Positions 34,270-35,470 of a DNA stretch of 35,470 nt are shown here, piece by piece. The stretch's first letter is position 1. Each line of letters starts with the position of its first letter. The stretch lies in IMG/VR virus record IMGVR_UViG_3300046536_000804. The stretch is one strand, 5' to 3'. A program made the position numbers and the translations under genes. The stretch is from an uncultured virus (IMG/VR IMGVR_UViG_3300046536_000804) (Duplodnaviria; Heunggongvirae; Uroviricota; Caudoviricetes). Under the pieces are notes generated by a model. That model was not told the origin of the DNA, did no database searches, and was given only the letters and a program-made list of their open reading frames with translations.

Positions 34270-35470
34270 GGACGTCGGGATCATCGTCTCCGGCTTCGAA
34301 CCGGTTGACGCTACAGCCGGCGATGCAGACGCGACACCCTTGAAGTCAGGCGTCGCTGCTGGTGTTGCCGGCGGGGTTGCCGCAGGAGGCGGTTCAGGTG
34401 CCGCTGGCTTCGGTGTCTCTTCAGCAGGTGCTGGCGTTGCAGCAGTCGGCGCCTTGAAGTTCTGATCGGCCGGCACAGCGGTCGGCGTTGGGGCCTGTGC
34501 CACCTGACCACCGCCTGCTCGGGCAGCTTGCTGTGTCGGGCTAAAGTGCTGCTGATACTGGGCTTGCGTCTGCTGCCACTGTTGAGGATTGACCACCAGA
34601 CCGGCGATTCGATCAGCACGTTGCCTAAGCGGATCACTGAGAGGCATCGACGAATGAAGCTGAAAAACAGGATCATTCTGCAACTGGGCTGCAGTCATCC
34701 GATACGGATTCCCTTCTCGGTATCTGTTCTCCAACTGGGTCAATTGCACCTGAGCGGTGTTGTCGCCGCCCTGCGCAGCGGCACGCAGCCTCATGTACTC
34801 CGGATTGTTCGCAATTCCTGCCAGCGACGGATCTTGGAAACGAGGATTCTGCAGTTGCATCGAGTTCAACTCGCCCTGCACCCGCGGATCTTGAGCACCA
34901 ACCTGGGATAACGGGATATTCGCTGAAGGCGATTGCGGGTTGAACGGTGTGGTTTGGTTCCTCGTCAGGACGTTCCAGATGTTCATCGCTGCACGCGGAT
35001 CTTGTTGGTGCAATTGGGTTAACGTCAAATTACGGTTGATCGGGCTCATCGACGCGCGCCGAACACGGTCCAACGACTGCTGCGAGAAGTTGGCCAGTTG
35101 CTGCTGCGTCTCAAGCCCGTGTTGATAGGCCTCCTGAATCGAGGTAAGTTGTGCTGGCGTAGGTGGTTGCGGCACAGCGGGCGTTCTCGGCGTCCAGGCT
35201 GGGCCAGTCCCCCGAGGAGGCACACGGTCAAACAGGTGCGGTTGGGCCGAATCCGCCTCCGGCGGCACCGGCCCCGTCCGCTGCTGTGGCCGTTGATTTT
35301 GGCGTCTTGGATCACCAAAGGTGGCTCCGGTGACCGAAGAGCCTCCGGTGCCCGTAAACAACGAAGGAGAGCCCGGGGATTGGAACCGGCTCATCGCCTG
35401 TTGCATCGGGAAATAGGGATAGTTGCTACGGTTCATCATCATCTGCCGTTGCCAGCCAGACTGCATCATC
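34267..35470 (-). CDS. Q/P/A-rich low-complexity protein, 5' end probably outside window
   Basis: open frame to window edge; TAA overlaps pseudoknot element. Confidence 0.7.
   Translation of the reverse strand, partial: MMQSGWQRQMMMNRSNYPYFPMQQAMSRFQSPGSPSLFTGTGGSSVTGATFGDPRRQNQRPQQRTGPVPPEADSAQPHLFDRVPPRGTGPAWTPRTPAVPQPPTPAQLTSIQEAYQHGLETQQQLANFSQQSLDRVRRASMSPINRNLTLTQLHQQDPRAAMNIWNVLTRNQTTPFNPQSPSANIPLSQVGAQDPRVQGELNSMQLQNPRFQDPSLAGIANNPEYMRLRAAAQGGDNTAQVQLTQLENRYREGNPYRMTAAQLQNDPVFQLHSSMPLSDPLRQRADRIAGLVVNPQQWQQTQAQYQQHFSPTQQAARAGGGQVAQAPTPTAVPADQNFKAPTAATPAPAEETPKPAAPEPPPAATPPATPAATPDFKGVASASPAVASTGSKPETMIPTS

Noticed and set aside
22..35125. Plus-strand ORFs in the supplied track (e.g. 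16922..17917, 23773..24504, 33550..34161)
   Set aside because: They are shadows of better minus-strand genes or of repeats, with no recognisable motifs

Overview
The window is GC-rich and densely packed with mostly short hypothetical genes, essentially all on the minus strand, many with overlapping stop/start codons. It also carries several tandem paralog families, a sigma70-family factor, a MazG-like protein, a HAD-like protein, a multi-ubiquitin-like domain, a tRNA-like gene and long Gly-zipper/low-complexity proteins. This organisation looks like part of a large (jumbo/huge) phage genome. That is an inference, because no capsid, terminase or polymerase gene is visible here. The main unexplained signal is a ~29-nt element found by eye about 41 times, always in the transcribed (minus) orientation. 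Its sequence varies, but compensatory changes preserve two interlocked helices that form a compact H-type pseudoknot (S1 4 bp, L1 1 nt, S2 7 bp with a one-base bulge, L3 NAAW). It overlaps stop codons, forms ~45-47-nt-period arrays, brackets single genes as near-identical direct repeats, and sits in frame inside a large ORF. Next to one array is a 134-nt tRNA-like RNA with normal acceptor, D and T arms but three hairpins in place of the anticodon/variable arm. All protein calls come from motif recognition by eye, not database searches.
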